NCBI GenBank assembly: GCA_002633005.1
Contig: NMRA01000025.1
Location: 1,281,160 to 1,345,159 of the forward strand
Origin: Phoronis australis
Lineage: Eukaryota; Animalia; Phoronida
Reading direction: 5' to 3'
DNA length: 64,000 nucleotides
The translations under genes were made by a program, and so were the position numbers. Of this stretch, positions 24,101-37,772 are shown piece after piece. The notes under the pieces were generated by a model, which saw only the letters and a list, made by a program, of their open reading frames with translations, made no database searches and was not told where the DNA came from. Position 1 is the stretch's first letter; each line of letters starts with the position of its first letter.

Positions 24101-27100
24101 TGAATAGAGTGAAAACAAACCACTGTTTATCTGCAAGGGTTCATTCATGAGGTAAGCGTCCCATCTGACATAAATGTATTCATTTGCATAGGTTGAATAG
24201 CTGTTTCATTCGTACTATCTGGTGAACTTCAAAACCAGTAGCATGCAGAAGGAGGGCCCACAGGTCGACAGCCCCAAGGATCCACATTGTCAGAGGGCAT
24301 CCAATCAATATAAATAAACCTTTTGCAATAAAATTATGACTGATTTGAAGTTAAATCGAATAAAGTTTTTTATTTTACGTTTCATTTTTTTTACTTTACA
24401 TAGTACTACGGTACATGCATTTGAGTTGAAAGAGGGGAACATCTAATATAGAAAATGCCACGGGATCACCAAACCTATGCACGCTAATACTTCAAGGTTC
24501 TGATTATTGTGTTATTAGAATGAACTGGCAAACCGTAGGTGCACAATCAGTCCTTCTCACGTCTATTCCAGAGGCTTATGAACATAAACTACTTTGGCAG
24601 TGTCTTTGCCACCAAAGCTGTGCTACCTGCCATGAAATCCCTTGGTAACGGCCGTATTGTATTTGTGTCCTCCCAGGCGGGCCAGGTGGGCGTGTTCGGC
24701 TACACAGCATACTCTGCTTCAAAGTTTGCATTACGCGGACTCGCAGAATCTCTACAAATGGAGGTAAGTTTGACTGGGCAGACTCTTCAGTTTAAGGTGA
24801 ATTTAAGTGAAAGCAGTGTTTGAGTTGTTGACTAGAGAATTTGTTATCACTCTGAAATTCAATCATGTTTATTTCTCACCTATTTATCACACAAAATGGC
24901 AGACAAACAATATTTTATTTTGCCAAATTCTTAACAAAAATAAAGATTAAGAACATCTTAGTCTCGTATTAGCTCGGTTTGTACTGTGCAGATGTTAAAC
25001 ATATCTTTTGGGCAAATTACAGTTATTTTTCAGCACCGCAATGATCCTTTGAAAATAGAAAAGTGACAAGTTACTCCACGTTTGTGCAAAATAAGTTTAA
25101 ATTACCGTTTTTAAAAAAGAAAGATAATCTTAATCACATTCTGCGTTTGTGCGAAATAGGTGAAAAATTACCATACCATTTAAGTGGCTTGTGTTGAGTG
25201 AGTATAAGGACTATAAATGAAGGTTATTCTGTGTTCTATAGTTTTCTTAAGAATTTTGAATATAATTTGCTTTTGATTTAACTTTTGGCCATTTCTTGAA
25301 ATTGATAATGCTGGAATTTGAAAGTGCAAAGAGATGGTATGTCATGCCAGGTTGAACGCCACAAACCAATGTTTTCAAAATCTTTTTACGTGAACGCATC
25401 TTCAGTCTTTGAAGTAAGTAAAATCTCCGTGTTTAACTTTGTAGTACTAGTAAATAACAGAACTGCAATTTATAGTATTAACATGTCTATTGTCATGACA
25501 TACAACTACGTGATTATTTCAAAACCAGTGTAAAACTACACTTTTTAAATTTTATCAACAGATGCAAAAAAGATAAATCATGACTACCAGACTTACTGTA
25601 AAATAAATTTACCGATGTTTCGGGGCCTTTTGGCTCCTTCTACTAGGGACTGATGACTGTCTGGTTTCAGTGAAAATTTTGTTCCCTCTACCATTGTTCG
25701 TTGACAACAACTGCAATGCCCCGGACCATGAGTCAGATACCGTATTCGCCCTAATAAGCGCTCATGCCCCTATAAGCAATGTTTTCAGACTTTGCTAAAA
25801 TAAGCGCCCGGTCCATGAACGTCGTGTACATGCGAAAAATGTCTTACCTACAGTGCTAAAATTCTACAGTAACGTCTTCAATTTATCAATAAGATCCGAC
25901 AGTCCTGAAAAAATCATTGTGCGCGAACTTTGTAGACTACAAGCCTCGCCGCTATGTTGGTATTTAGCCATGTCTATACACTTCAAACTTCCCCTGTGCT
26001 TCAAAAAGAATGAAAGTTTTGCTGATCTTGCTAGGGACGTGTCCTATTATATGGCCTGGCCTTTCAGAACAGATGCAGCATACTTGTCAAGGGATTGTAT
26101 TGTATCTTTCCCGCATACAGTTCTTCTCCCTCAAGAGGAATCCAAATTTCTTTCTACACGTGAAAACCGTGTACGTAACACTAATAAAAACTTGACGTTT
26201 GTTCGGTTAAAAGCACTTGGCCAGGAAGTGCGTGCTACATTCAAGTACCTTTCATCCAAGATTAGTGTTTGGGAACTATCTATTCAAGACACGAAACGGG
26301 TAGCATAGCATCGGCAAGAATTAAATACTGGCACATATTTCCAAAAGTTTCTAATACTGTAAAAAACGTTTATGTTATTTTTAAAGGGGAATTATTAAAT
26401 TAGTCATAATTAGTGTTTTTAAAGTCAAAATGACCCACTGATAGTGAACACTTCCGCACCCTTACACCCACACGTAAAGTGATTGTGAACTATGATTGGG
26501 GTCAACTTGCAACTTTATTTTTTATTTCTTGTACTGTTGTTGTAGCTGAAGCCATATTGCATACAGGTTACGTTAGCCTTCCCACCAGACACGGATACAC
26601 CAGGCTTCGCTGCCGAACAGGAAGGGAAGGTTCGTTATTGAAATGATCAACCTTGAACCACTATGGTTAGCAGCCATTTAGGCCAAAAATACGTACGTCA
26701 TTTAAAGATCTAATTAACTCAAAATACAACTTTTGAATTAACTTGGTCACTTACCAAAGTTTCAAAAAATCAGTCTGATCTTGTTCTTTGTTCACATTTT
26801 AAACTGATTTCTTAACTTCAGAAGATCTGCTGTTTTTAGTTTCGGTCACTGAGGCAGTATAGCCACCCTGGAAAGTCGAGGGGTTTTGTTTTATGCAATG
26901 TCATAGGATAAGAACACATAGGCATTGTGGAAGGGAAAATACATTCGTAATGACTGTTCACACTCTATACTTTGGAGGATGACTAATGACTGTTCACATT
27001 CTATACTGTGGAGGACGTCTAATGACTGTTCACACTATATACTTTGGAGGATGTCTAATGACTGTTCGCACTCTATACTGTGGAGGATGTCTAATGACTG

Positions 27101-29952
27101 TTCACACTCTATACTGTGGAGGATGTCTAATGACTGTTCACACTATATACTGTGGAGGATGACTAATGACTGTTCACACTCTATACTGTGGAGGATGTCT
27201 AATGACTGTTCACATTTTATTTTGTGGAGGATGTCTAATGACTGTTCACACTCTATACTGTGGAGGATGACTAATGACTGTTCACACTCTATACTGTGGA
27301 GGATGACTAATGACTGTTCACACTCTATACTGTGGAGGATGACTAATGACTGTTCACACTCTATACTGTGGAGGATGACTAATGACTGTTCACACTCTAT
27401 ACTTTGGAGGATGACTAATGACTGTTCACACTCTATACTTTGGAGGATGACTAATGACTGTTCACACTATATACTTTGGAGGATGTCTAATGACTGTTCA
27501 CAATCTATTCTTTGGAGGATGTCTAATGACTGTTCACACTCTATACTGTGGAGGATGACTAATGACTGTTCACACTCTATACTGTGGAGGATGACTAATG
27601 ACTGTTCACACTCTATACTTTGGAGGATGACTAATGACTGTTCACACTCTATACTTTGGAGGATGACTAATGACTGTTCACACTCTATACTTTGGAGGAT
27701 GTCTAATGACTGTTCACAATCTGTTCTTTGGAGGATGACTAATGACTGTTCACACTCTATACTGTGGAGGATGTCTAATGACTGTTCACACTATACTGTG
27801 GAGGATGTCTAACGACTGTTCACACTCTATACTGTGGAGGATGAGTAATGACTGTTCAAACTCTATACTGTGCAGGATGACTAATGCTGTCATTGGTTGT
27901 CCCAATTCTCCGTAGTATGTATTGATCAATAAATTCTCGTAACTCGAGATCGGCTTATTAACATATAATCAGATAGTGTTTGCTGGTGTTCTAATGTGAC
28001 AGCTGATCGACTGGTGGAAATGTTTTTGGTGTTTTTGATATGTCATCAGTGTAACTGTGAAATGATCTATTTCATTTGTTGCTTGCAGCCTCAAGAAACA
28101 CAGTTGATATCAGAAGTAGCTGGTCTCTGTAAGCCTGAAGATGTCGCTAGGAGTCTCATCACTGATGTTATAGTAAGTAGTCACAAACGGTGGAATAAGC
28201 TCAGTTTCCTCCGTTTTTGTTACAAATTATTCGTACTGCTGTTTTTGTTTTGCACAGCTGTCATTCTGTTGACTCGGTATTTGCATTTTCAGCTGGGAAC
28301 GTTATTTTCTGTCGGTAATTCATTCCAGCATGCAAAAGGATGAAGAAATCTAGAAAAACTGAAGTGTGATATTTTTTCATATTATATTTCGCACAATAAT
28401 AATATCCTAGTGGTCATTTTTGTATTTGAAAGGGTAAGTGTTGTTTTATTACTGCTATACTGTGTTCATAATTGAATTTTGTTTTCTTAACTCTCATTTT
28501 GTTGAGAAATATGACAATACAAACTTGTTCATGTGTCGGTCGTTATGTGGACTAAACAGGTGAAGGATAACTGCACGCTTATGACAGCCATAAAACTATT
28601 AGCTAGAACATTCTGAATTGTTTTTATGTTGTGTATTTTTATTGCCTGTTGTGGATTACTTTGACAAAGAGTTTCTTTCTTGTTTCAGCAAGGAAAGTTT
28701 CTGTCATATGTGGGTGTAGATGGCTATATGTTGGCTCAGCTGACCAGTGGAATGTCGCCTGTAACATCCCTCATGGAGGCAACACAACAGGTAACCACTA
28801 AGAGGTTTAACTTGTCAACTGTATATTTCTACCACAAACTGCTGTAGAGTGGGCAATATATATATATATACGTAATGTGTGCGTATTTTGAGAACCAGTT
28901 TGATGCCCGTTATTCAGTGGAGAAAACTGGTTCTCAAAATTCGGGCGCTTTATGTCAGACCATTATCATATAGTGTGTTGTAATTGACTTTCCATATATA
29001 TCGTAAACTGACGAGGGCTAAATTAACGACTTCAAATTAAAATTAGTCATTAAGTTTGCAAGCATCACTGTGATGCAATCAAAGAACTCAAGTTGGTCCA
29101 TAGTGTTGGTCCATACTGTTGGTCCATAGTGTTGGTCCATAGTGCTAACAGGAAAATTAGGAATGGTATGGTAAAATCTCACAAACTTCAGACCAAAATG
29201 TTTTCCAACATTTATATTTTTCCTCATGATGTCTTGCACTTTTATTTTCTTACTATTTACTGTTTGTTTAGTAATTATTTTTAATTAATCTTGTTGTCTT
29301 GTACCTTCTATTTATTGTTTGTTTGTTATTTATTTTGTTTCATCAGTCTTTCCATGTTAAGTTTCATATTTATCACTTAAGTCTATGTGTCTTACTGTTT
29401 TTGAAAGCAGTGAGAACTGACGGGGTTACCCTCCTCGTAAATATCACAATAATTGAATAAATTAATAATTTTTTTAACGTATTTTAACATGGATTTAAGT
29501 GCCCACAAATTCTCGCCACATTGTCTGGTGGTAGTTGTGGTAAAGAACTTAAAAATTGTGGCCTTTATTTGTTTCTACTCATCATTGATAAAAAATGAAA
29601 AAAAAAATTCTCTTAACCAAACTTAACCTCCATATTTTGTCCTAAACTGGCAAGACTTTAACATAACCTGCTGTTCTAAGAAAATCTAAAATGTATTCTA
29701 AACAAAATGCAGGTTTTTAAAAATGGCTCTGTGTATGACTAATGAGGTTAATATTTTAACCATTACACTAAGCCCTGGTTACTATTTGAAGGTTACACGA
29801 ATGGGTTGTTCCTAATGTGTTCTTCCATATCTTTTCAGGTTGTCACCATGGGCATATTTCGCATCATTTCTCTTTTCTACCTCGACAACTTTGACAGGAT
29901 CATTTTGAAATGCAAACAGGACCGTGAGAAAAGAAGCCATGCGGGCTTCTAA
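21124..29952 (+). CDS. KDSR: 3-ketodihydrosphingosine reductase (SDR family), 334 aa, 9 coding exons
   Basis: Exons 21124-21240, 22222-22371, 23187-23252, 23644-23739, 24572-24763, 26546-26629, 28089-28172, 28689-28790, 29839-29952. All phase 0, GT-AG. N-terminal TM with [53 protein letters not shown], and [18 protein letters not shown]. Confidence 0.96.
21300..21680 (-). mobile_element. tRNA-derived SINE-like sequence, two tandem heads, in KDSR intron 1
   Basis: Minus strand GCCTCTTGGCTGAAAGGTTTAGATGCTCAGCTCTCAC...CTGGGTTCAAGTCCC shows A-box and B-box with tRNA spacing. A second, degenerate head lies at ~21305-21382. Confidence 0.5.
22860..22970. repeat. ~45-bp tandem repeat, about 2.4 copies
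   Basis: ATCTAGACCACAATGCACCAGGAACATGTTGTGCTTTTGTGTC is repeated. Confidence 0.8.
25560..25690. mobile_element. Penelope-like pLTR remnant with back-to-back degenerate hammerhead motifs
   Basis: Plus strand: AGGGA-CTGATGA-CTG..CAG-TGAAA..TCCCT. Minus strand: GAAGGAGCC-AAAA-GGCCCC-GAAAC-ATCGG. Confidence 0.35.
26948..27885. repeat. 36-bp minisatellite, about 26 copies, in KDSR intron 6
   Basis: AATGACTGTTCACACTCTATACTGTGGAGGATG(A/T)CT units. Confidence 0.95.
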
Positions 29953-30878
29953 TTGTAAATAAGGTGGAAATGAATATCAATGCAAATACTAACTTAAATT
30001 ACCATGAATGTGCTGATGTTTCAAGTTGTCTTTCAGGCTTTATGTTGGATTTGATAAATTGTGATATACATGTTGTAACCTCAGATACGATGCGTTCAAA
30101 TTTTCTTATTATAGTGTGTGTTTCAAAGGCATGCAACCAGTCAGGGTTGTACAAAATTTTTACGTGTGGGGCAGTGCGTTTTTAAGAGTTCCATAAATCT
30201 TAGTCTATGTCTAGTCTTCCATATTAATTGTGAATTTTATGATTTTTTCTTCGATATCGTATGTGCACTGTATGTAGCTTAGTAATTTATTACTCTGAAG
30301 ATTAGCGTCTCACCAGTGCTCTACCAGTACCAGGAGAATGTGTTTACCTTTGTCTGTATTTCGAAGTATGGATAATACAGAGAGATACAAAAATTGGGAT
30401 GGAGGGAGTGGAAAATAGGTATGGTGGGAACGGAAAATTGGGATGGTGGGAATGGAAAATGAGGATGTTGGGAGTGTAAAATCTGGATAAGAATACAGGC
30501 CTTGCGATTGAAAACTTAAACGATTTGAGTCAAGTTGTGCACTGTCCAGCATGCTCGTACATCTGTCTTCATTTTTCACCTTGGTGTTGGGATGTTGTCT
30601 TCATTTTCCATGTGATATCGGAAATTTGAATTCTCACATTTTGTCTACTTTTGAATACAGGAAATTTCCTCCTAGGTTCCATAATTTATGTTTGCCCTCT
30701 TGTAAATTGATCTAATGTGAAACAATGTGACTTTAACAGTAGATTGTTGTTTTGCATCTTTAGTCTAGTGAATTTGAAAACTTTTGATACCTCAGTTGAA
30801 AAATGATATTTTGTGTCATGATTCGTGAATTTGTGATTTTTTCAGAAACTGAATATTATATGTTCTGATGGCTATGGG

Positions 30879-30884
30879 AATAAA
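30879..30884 (+). terminator. Candidate KDSR polyadenylation signal
   Basis: AATAAA ~930 nt after the stop codon, followed by a T/GT-rich tract at ~30920-30940. Confidence 0.35.
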
Positions 30885-31896
30885 ATATGGATTGTGTTAC
30901 AGTTGGACGTCTGTTATAGTTCTTTTTTCTTTTGTTTTATGTCTTACCGATAACCAGACAACTGTGCCTCCAAGCACAGTCAAATTACTTTAGACACAAT
31001 TTAAATTTTGTGACAGAACTTTTCTTGAAAAGTGTTGTTACTTAATCAATGCAAGTGAACTGAATGTTCGCCTAGGACTACAGCTGAGTAAATATGTCTG
31101 CCGTTAGAGTCTTGTCTTGTTCCACCAGATAGTTATGACATGCAGGATATTTACGTCATTTTACAACCAAGTCAGTAGTTTCATGACGTGATTATGTAAC
31201 TATCTATATCTTTTGGTTCAACCTCGTGTTGAGACGTTAGAAGGGCTAAAATATCTAGTTTCATGGTCACAAATTTACATCCTGGCCAATGCTTTCCAAA
31301 TTATATCAGTTACGTCATAAAGTGAGCTCGAATATAAGAGCTGATTGAATTCAGATGAATTAAAGTTTCTCTTCTGGAGATTATTTTATTTCAATTTAAT
31401 TTTAATGTGTTGTATGACCGATTGATTTTAAATGCTTTAAACTTTTGTTACAGTTTATGGGGGATATTTTGATGTGCGTAATGGTTTTCTGGAGCAGTTC
31501 CTTCCTGCAAGAAAATAGTGAAGCAGACGAGTCTTTATCCCTTGCTAACGGAACAACTGTTGACATCTTTGTCATACAAGCAACTCTTTAACACAATTCA
31601 AATTGCTTCTCTCACCAACAAGTTCTTTTTTCTTTTTCGCTAACAAAAGCTCGGTGACCTACGTTGCAGGTAGATCGGCGTTGTGCCAAGCACATGCCGA
31701 ATCTTGTCGGAGAGCAAAGAGCGACGAAGTTCTCGAGAAAAAGTTGAGAAATGTTCTCACCACCTATTTCCGCAAACAGTCCTTCCTCAAATATTATGCA
31801 TGTACGATATGCGGTAGAAACAAGACAATTGTTTCAACATGTTTTTGGTTTACAAAAAACTAACGGTGACATTGGTTCAATAATCTTTTCTTCTGA

Positions 31897-33705
31897 ACTG
31901 GTTTTACTGTTTTCCGAGTCTGTTTTTTTGCGTCCACCCCTCTATCAACCAAACCGCTCAAAGGATGATTGTGAAAATTGGCATGTATGTGCTTACTATG
32001 AAGAGAACAGTTGACGATGATTTTCCGACGATTTCGACAACTGTGGAGCCTCCTAGTGGCAGTTTTGTTTTTTTGCACCTATGGCTGTACCTCCTAAGTC
32101 GTTCGCAGGATCTTTACGAAATTTAGTAAGTATATTTTGATGTTAACAACGGGCGACGACGACTTTTGGACAGATTTGACTACCGGTATGCCCCCTAGTG
32201 GTAATTTTATTTTTTTTACGCTTACCTTTGTATCTTCAAAAGTCCCGAATGGATTTTCATGAAATTTGGTATGTAGACACCTATTAGTGAGATGACGCTA
32301 TCCTCCCGTTTTCGGATGAATTTGATGTAGTTTGCGCCACCTAGTGGCCATTTTTACTGTTTTCGAGTCTGTTTTTTTTTCGTCAACCAAACTGCTCAAA
32401 GGATGATTGTGAAAATTGGCAGGTATGTGCTTACTATGAAGAGAACGGTTGATGATGATTTTCCGACGACTTCGACTGCTGTGGCGCCTCTTAGTGGCAG
32501 TTTTGTTTTGCGCCTATGGCTGTATCTCCTAAATCGTTCGCAGGATCTTTACGAAATTTAGTAAGTATAATTATATGATGTTAACAACGGACGACGACGA
32601 TTTTGGGACAGATTCGACTACCGGTATACCCCCTAGTGGCAATTTTATTTTTTTACTTTTACCTTTGTATCTTCAAAAGTCCTGAACGGATTTTCTTGAA
32701 ATTTTATATTTAGTCACCTATTAGTGAGTTGATGCTATCCTCTTGTTTTCGCATGGATTTGACGTAGTTTGCACCACCTAGTGGCCATTTTTACTGTTTT
32801 CGAGTCTGTTTTTTTTTCGTCAACCAAACTGTTCAAAGGATGATTGTGAAAATTGGCAGGTATGTGCTTACTATAAAGAGGACGGTTGACGATGATTTTC
32901 CGACAATTTCGACTACTGTGGCGCCTCCTAGTGGCAGTTTTGTTTTTGTTTTTGTTGCGCCTATGGCTGTATCTCCTAAACCGTTCGCAGGATCTTTACT
33001 TAATTTAGCAAGTGTATTTATTTTTGTTGCCTACGAATGATGACGACTTTCGGACAGATCTGACTACTGCTGTGCTCCCTAGTGGCAATTTTAGTTTTTT
33101 TTTACATTTAACTCAGTATGTTCAAAGGTCCTCAAGAGATTTTCATAAACTTTTAAATATAGGCATCTATTAGTGTGATGACGCTATCTTCCTGTCTTTG
33201 GATGGAATCGAGGTATTTTGCACCACCTAGTGGTTATTTTTGCTGTTTTCAAATCTTGTTTTTGGTGTCCACCCCTGTATCAACCAAATCATTAATTATG
33301 TTCTCAGTGTGAAGACGACCTTTGATGATGGTGACTGACTACTGTGGCGCCTCCTAGTGGTAGTTTTATTTTGCGCTCATAGTTGTATCTCCTGAACCCA
33401 CTGCAGGATCTTTATTAAATTTAGTAAGTGTATTTATATGAAAATAACAGACGATGATGACGAGTTTCAGGCGGATCCAACGGACACTGTGCCCACTAGT
33501 GGCAATTTCATTTTATTCTGTTTTCCTTAGTTTCTCTGAAGTTCCTTGACAGATTTTTATGAAATATGGCATTTTCCTGTTTTTGGATGGATTGTATGTT
33601 TTTGCGCCATCTAGGCCATTTGTATGATACAAATATATAACCCTAAAGGCACACCATTCGCAATGCATCCGTGGGCGCATTTCAACGCTCCGCGTTGCTC
33701 TTGTT
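31897..33705. mobile_element. Inverted second copy of the 14665-15990 Helentron-type element, about 4 core repeats, other end lost
   Basis: Ends in CAACGC-TCC-GCGTTG-CTCTTGTT (33705), the reverse complement of the 14665 terminus. ~435-bp periodicity (32047, 32484, 32919, 33346). Confidence 0.75.
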
Positions 33706-33979
33706 AAATTTAAAGTGGTGATCTTGTATATGACATTGAAGTTATTGCTGAATTTGTATATGTGTATTTATTGCATCTCTAAATATTTATATTCGTAAGT
33801 AATCTGTTTTATACATACATACATACATAAATTTGCGGATTTTAGGGGCCATGCCCCGTAAAATTCTCCCAGATTCCATTTGGCAGTTCGGGGGTGCGAA
33901 TGTCTGACGGGCAAAATCCTGGCTAATTTTCTAGCTGCCCTGCCCCCCCAACTCAAAATCCTGGATCCGCCCCTGACTC

Positions 33980-35172
33980 ATACACACATGCATGCATGTA
34001 CACGCACACGCACACGCACACGCACACGCACACGCACACGCACACGCACACACACACACACACATATTTGACTGTATTTCGGGAGCAAGTTGTCGGTTAT
34101 ACAGAATTGGTTAAACGCACGAAACTTTTCATTGTTCACAGTCACAAAACTCTACTCTCAACTGAACATAGAAAAAGTAACTGACCAAGACACACGATAT
34201 TTCGAAACATGCATATTTGTACTATTTTGACACCCAGACAAATGCTTTCTAGCGCTTTCTGGGCTCAACTCTTATTATTGTACACAGTATTTTTTGTAAT
34301 AAACCTTATAAAAAATTGTCCCTTGAACTAACACAAACTTAGTGGTCAGAAACTGCATTGGTTTATTTTCAGTATAACAATGTTCATTTTAGCTACATGA
34401 AATTGAGACCAATGCCACTTTGTATGAAACAGTACCAAACAGGGAGTCGAGTAAGTTCCCTAATCTAATCATATTTGTTGACTCATTGCTAAGTCAACTT
34501 TTGGCTTTGATACAAATTGAGATTGAAGTCTACGTTGAATTCTCGACATTATTGAAAATAAGTAAGTAAGGGATTTTTTTTCAAGTAACACCCCTAATTT
34601 AAGGACTATGCCCCCAATTATTTTGACTTGATTAAGGACTCAGTTTTTAATTATATTATTAGGAAATGTCATTAGTCTAGGAGGAGCTCATAATAAATAT
34701 AAAATGATAGAGAAATATAACATCTGTGAGTGAACAAATACGCAAAACATTTAGGGAACTTAGATGAGTCCCTATTTGGGACTGTTTCATGCAAGCGGGT
34801 GCGGGGTCCCTTTAGGTAAAAATACCCGAGCTTCTTCGAAAGCTCAGCCTGCCCTAGCGCAGGTTTCAAAATGAGCCAGGGGGTCCAGATCAGAAAAAAA
34901 TGTTTTTTCTACAGCTCTAAAAACTACGTAGTTTCATGTAATTCAGTGAAGATGAGTGCTGACACCATGTGCGTGGGCTAAAAAATACGAGACCCCAATG
35001 AAACGATTTATCCCGGGCAATTGTTAAAAGCATACCAAACCGGATTTTGGCCTATGAACAGATATTAAAAACGAATTTCCATCCAATTCTCTAATGCAAA
35101 GTAAAGCTCTGTAATCCGCGACAATCCTCAAACCTTTGAGAAAAATTTGAAAACTCGTTTCAAAGTTTGTTN

Positions 35173-35204
<32 letters not shown>

Positions 35205-36420
35205 CACACACGCCACACACGCCACACACGCCACACACGCCACACACAAACACATATAACAAACACATATATTCGACTGTATTTCGGGAGCAAGTTGTCG
35301 GTTATACAGAATTCGTTAAACGCACGAAACTTTTCATTGTTCACAGTCACAAAACTCTACTCTCAACTGAACATAGAAAAAGTAACTGACCAAGACGCAC
35401 GATATTTCGAAACATGTATATTTGTACTATTTTGACACCCAGATAAATGCTTTCTAGCGCTTTCTGGGCCCAACTCTTATTGTTGTACACTGTATTTTTT
35501 GTAATAAACCTTATAAAAAATTGTCCCTTGAACTAACACAAACTTAGTGGTCAGAAACTGCATTGGTTTATTTTCAGTATAACACTGATCATTTTGGTTA
35601 CATGAAATTGAGACCAATGCCACTTTGTATGAAACAGTCCCAAACAGGGACTCGAGTAAGTTCCCTAATCTAATCATAATTGTTGGCTTGTGAAAACACT
35701 CTTTGTCCTTCCTGATGCTGTTTAGTTTCATTGCTAAGTCAACTTTTGGCTTTGATACAAATTGAGAGTGAAGTCTACGTTGAATTCTCGATATTATTGA
35801 AAATAAGTAAGTAAGAGATTTTTTCAAGCAACACCCCTAATTTAAGGACTATGTCCCCAATTATTTTGACTTGATTAAGGACTCCGTTTTTAATTATATT
35901 ATTAGGAAATGTCATTAGTCTAGGAGCTCATAATAAATATAAAATGATAGAGAAATATAACATCTGTGAGTGAAGAACGAAACAAATACGCAAAACATTT
36001 AGGGAACTTAGATGAGTCCCTATTTGGGACTGTTTCATGCAAGCGGGCGCGGGGTCCCTTTAGGTAAAAATACCAGAGCTTCTTCGAAAGCTCAGCCTGC
36101 CCTAGCGCAGGTTTCAAAATGAGCCAGGGGGTCCAGATCAGAAAAAAATGTTTTTTCCACAGCTCTAAAAACTACGTAGTTTCATGTAATTCAGTGAAGA
36201 TGAGTGCTGACACCATGTGCGTGGGCTAAAAAATACGAGACCCCAATGAAACGATTTATCCCGGGCAATTGTTAAAAGCATACCAAACCGGATTTTGGCC
36301 TATTAACAGATATTAAAAACGAATTTCTATCCAATTCTCTAATGCAAAGTAAAGCTCTGTAATCCGCGACAATCCTCAAACCTTTGAGAAAAATTTGAAA
36401 ACTCGTTTCAAAGTTTGTTA
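33980..36420. repeat. ~1.2-kb tandem duplication across a single N (35172), each copy starting with a (CA)n-type microsatellite
   Basis: 34065-35171 and 35270-36419 are highly similar but differ by SNPs and an indel of ~40 bp. Probably two haplotypes assembled in tandem. Confidence 0.8.
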
Positions 36421-37772
36421 AATAGGCAAGCGTGACTTACGCTTTTAACAAATTCACGGCAACTGTTGCGAAAGACCACTCACAAAGAACCATAATATCC
36501 AATCTGTGACATAGGGAGTATGAGTTTTTAGTTGATTCCATGCATTGGCAAACTGACAGAACGAGGATTGGTGGAAATCATCAAAACATGGTTTAGTATC
36601 CTTTTAATGAATTTGTTTAGTGGAATTAAAAAGTTAGGAATTGTCTTTTATTGTCATTACAAGTTATCATCGTTTTACCGCACTCCATGATTTGCTAAGG
36701 TCAAACTAATGTCGAGCCGTTTTATGTCAGACTTAATGACAAATGAGGGAAAAAGCTCAAGCTCGTGAAGTGCTATTCAATTCAATATCAAAATCGGTGT
36801 GACGTCCGGGAACATGAAAGCTTTATGAGGTCGCAAAAAGTTGTAAGGACATGATGACTTTTCATAGGATATCTGCAATTTTATAATGAACCTTTTGAGG
36901 TTTTGTTCACGATAGTAGGCGAAAATCATTAGGCAATAAGCTTTAATTAATCATAGACCTAGTAATATTACAACAAAGAGCTAATGGCATATTTAATGAA
37001 GTTTTAAGTGACTAATGACTATACAAATCAATTAGGGGTCTGATCACAGCTTGCATAATTAAAATCAGCAGTTTCTCAAATTCATAGTAAAAATGAATTC
37101 ACAATATATCGTTTTTTACGAGACACGACATTGCAGTGGTTGGGACGCGGGAGGGGAACACTAACCTTTGTTACGTGGATGGATAGCATTCAAGTCCACA
37201 CCGGTTGGATCGCCGTACGGAAGCATTGCGGCGGTTATGTGAATGAATAGTTGATCAACGTTATTTAGCTCTGTGACATTGTCTTTGAGTCCTTTCCCTC
37301 ACCGAGACCAACTTAATTAAGCTGCAGTGTACGCTTCATTGAATGACACAGGAATAAATTTTATTAAGATCACTGGCAATTTGAGCTGTGAATTTGTCTT
37401 TAAAAAAATGCCAGGTCAAAATGTAATAGTTTCAATCCACGGCCGGCAGGCTATATATTCTTTCAGTGCTTCCAAGTCAGTGGCGAAAGAAGAACCAATA
37501 TAGAGACGCAGGTCTTGTATTTTATTGCCAGTGTATTGTATTGTATTGTATTGCATTGTATATCAACGGTTTATATGGGCCGTAGGTATTTTGTACTACA
37601 GAGAAATAAGTATCGCCTTCGAGACATCTCTTGGAAACGGCTGTTTGTGCACTTGTCAAGTAAATTTGACGCATGATGTGACATTGTTTTTTTTTCGAGT
37701 CACCGTGTATTAGACAACCTAATTGTCCTCAGTTCTTGGCAAAACCGATCAGCGCTATCTTGAGGCTTCAGT

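Noticed and set aside
25853-26308. 151-aa ORF in KDSR intron 5, with a nearby TA|CCGTATT terminus at ~25738
   Set aside because: No motifs and a GTG start. Only one possible Tc2/pogo-like end was seen, with no partner TIR.
26925-27812. 295-aa ORF of [12 protein letters not shown] repeats
   Set aside because: Translation of a stop-free 36-bp minisatellite inside a KDSR intron. It has a non-ATG start and no splice context. It is not CRISPR, since there are no unique spacers.
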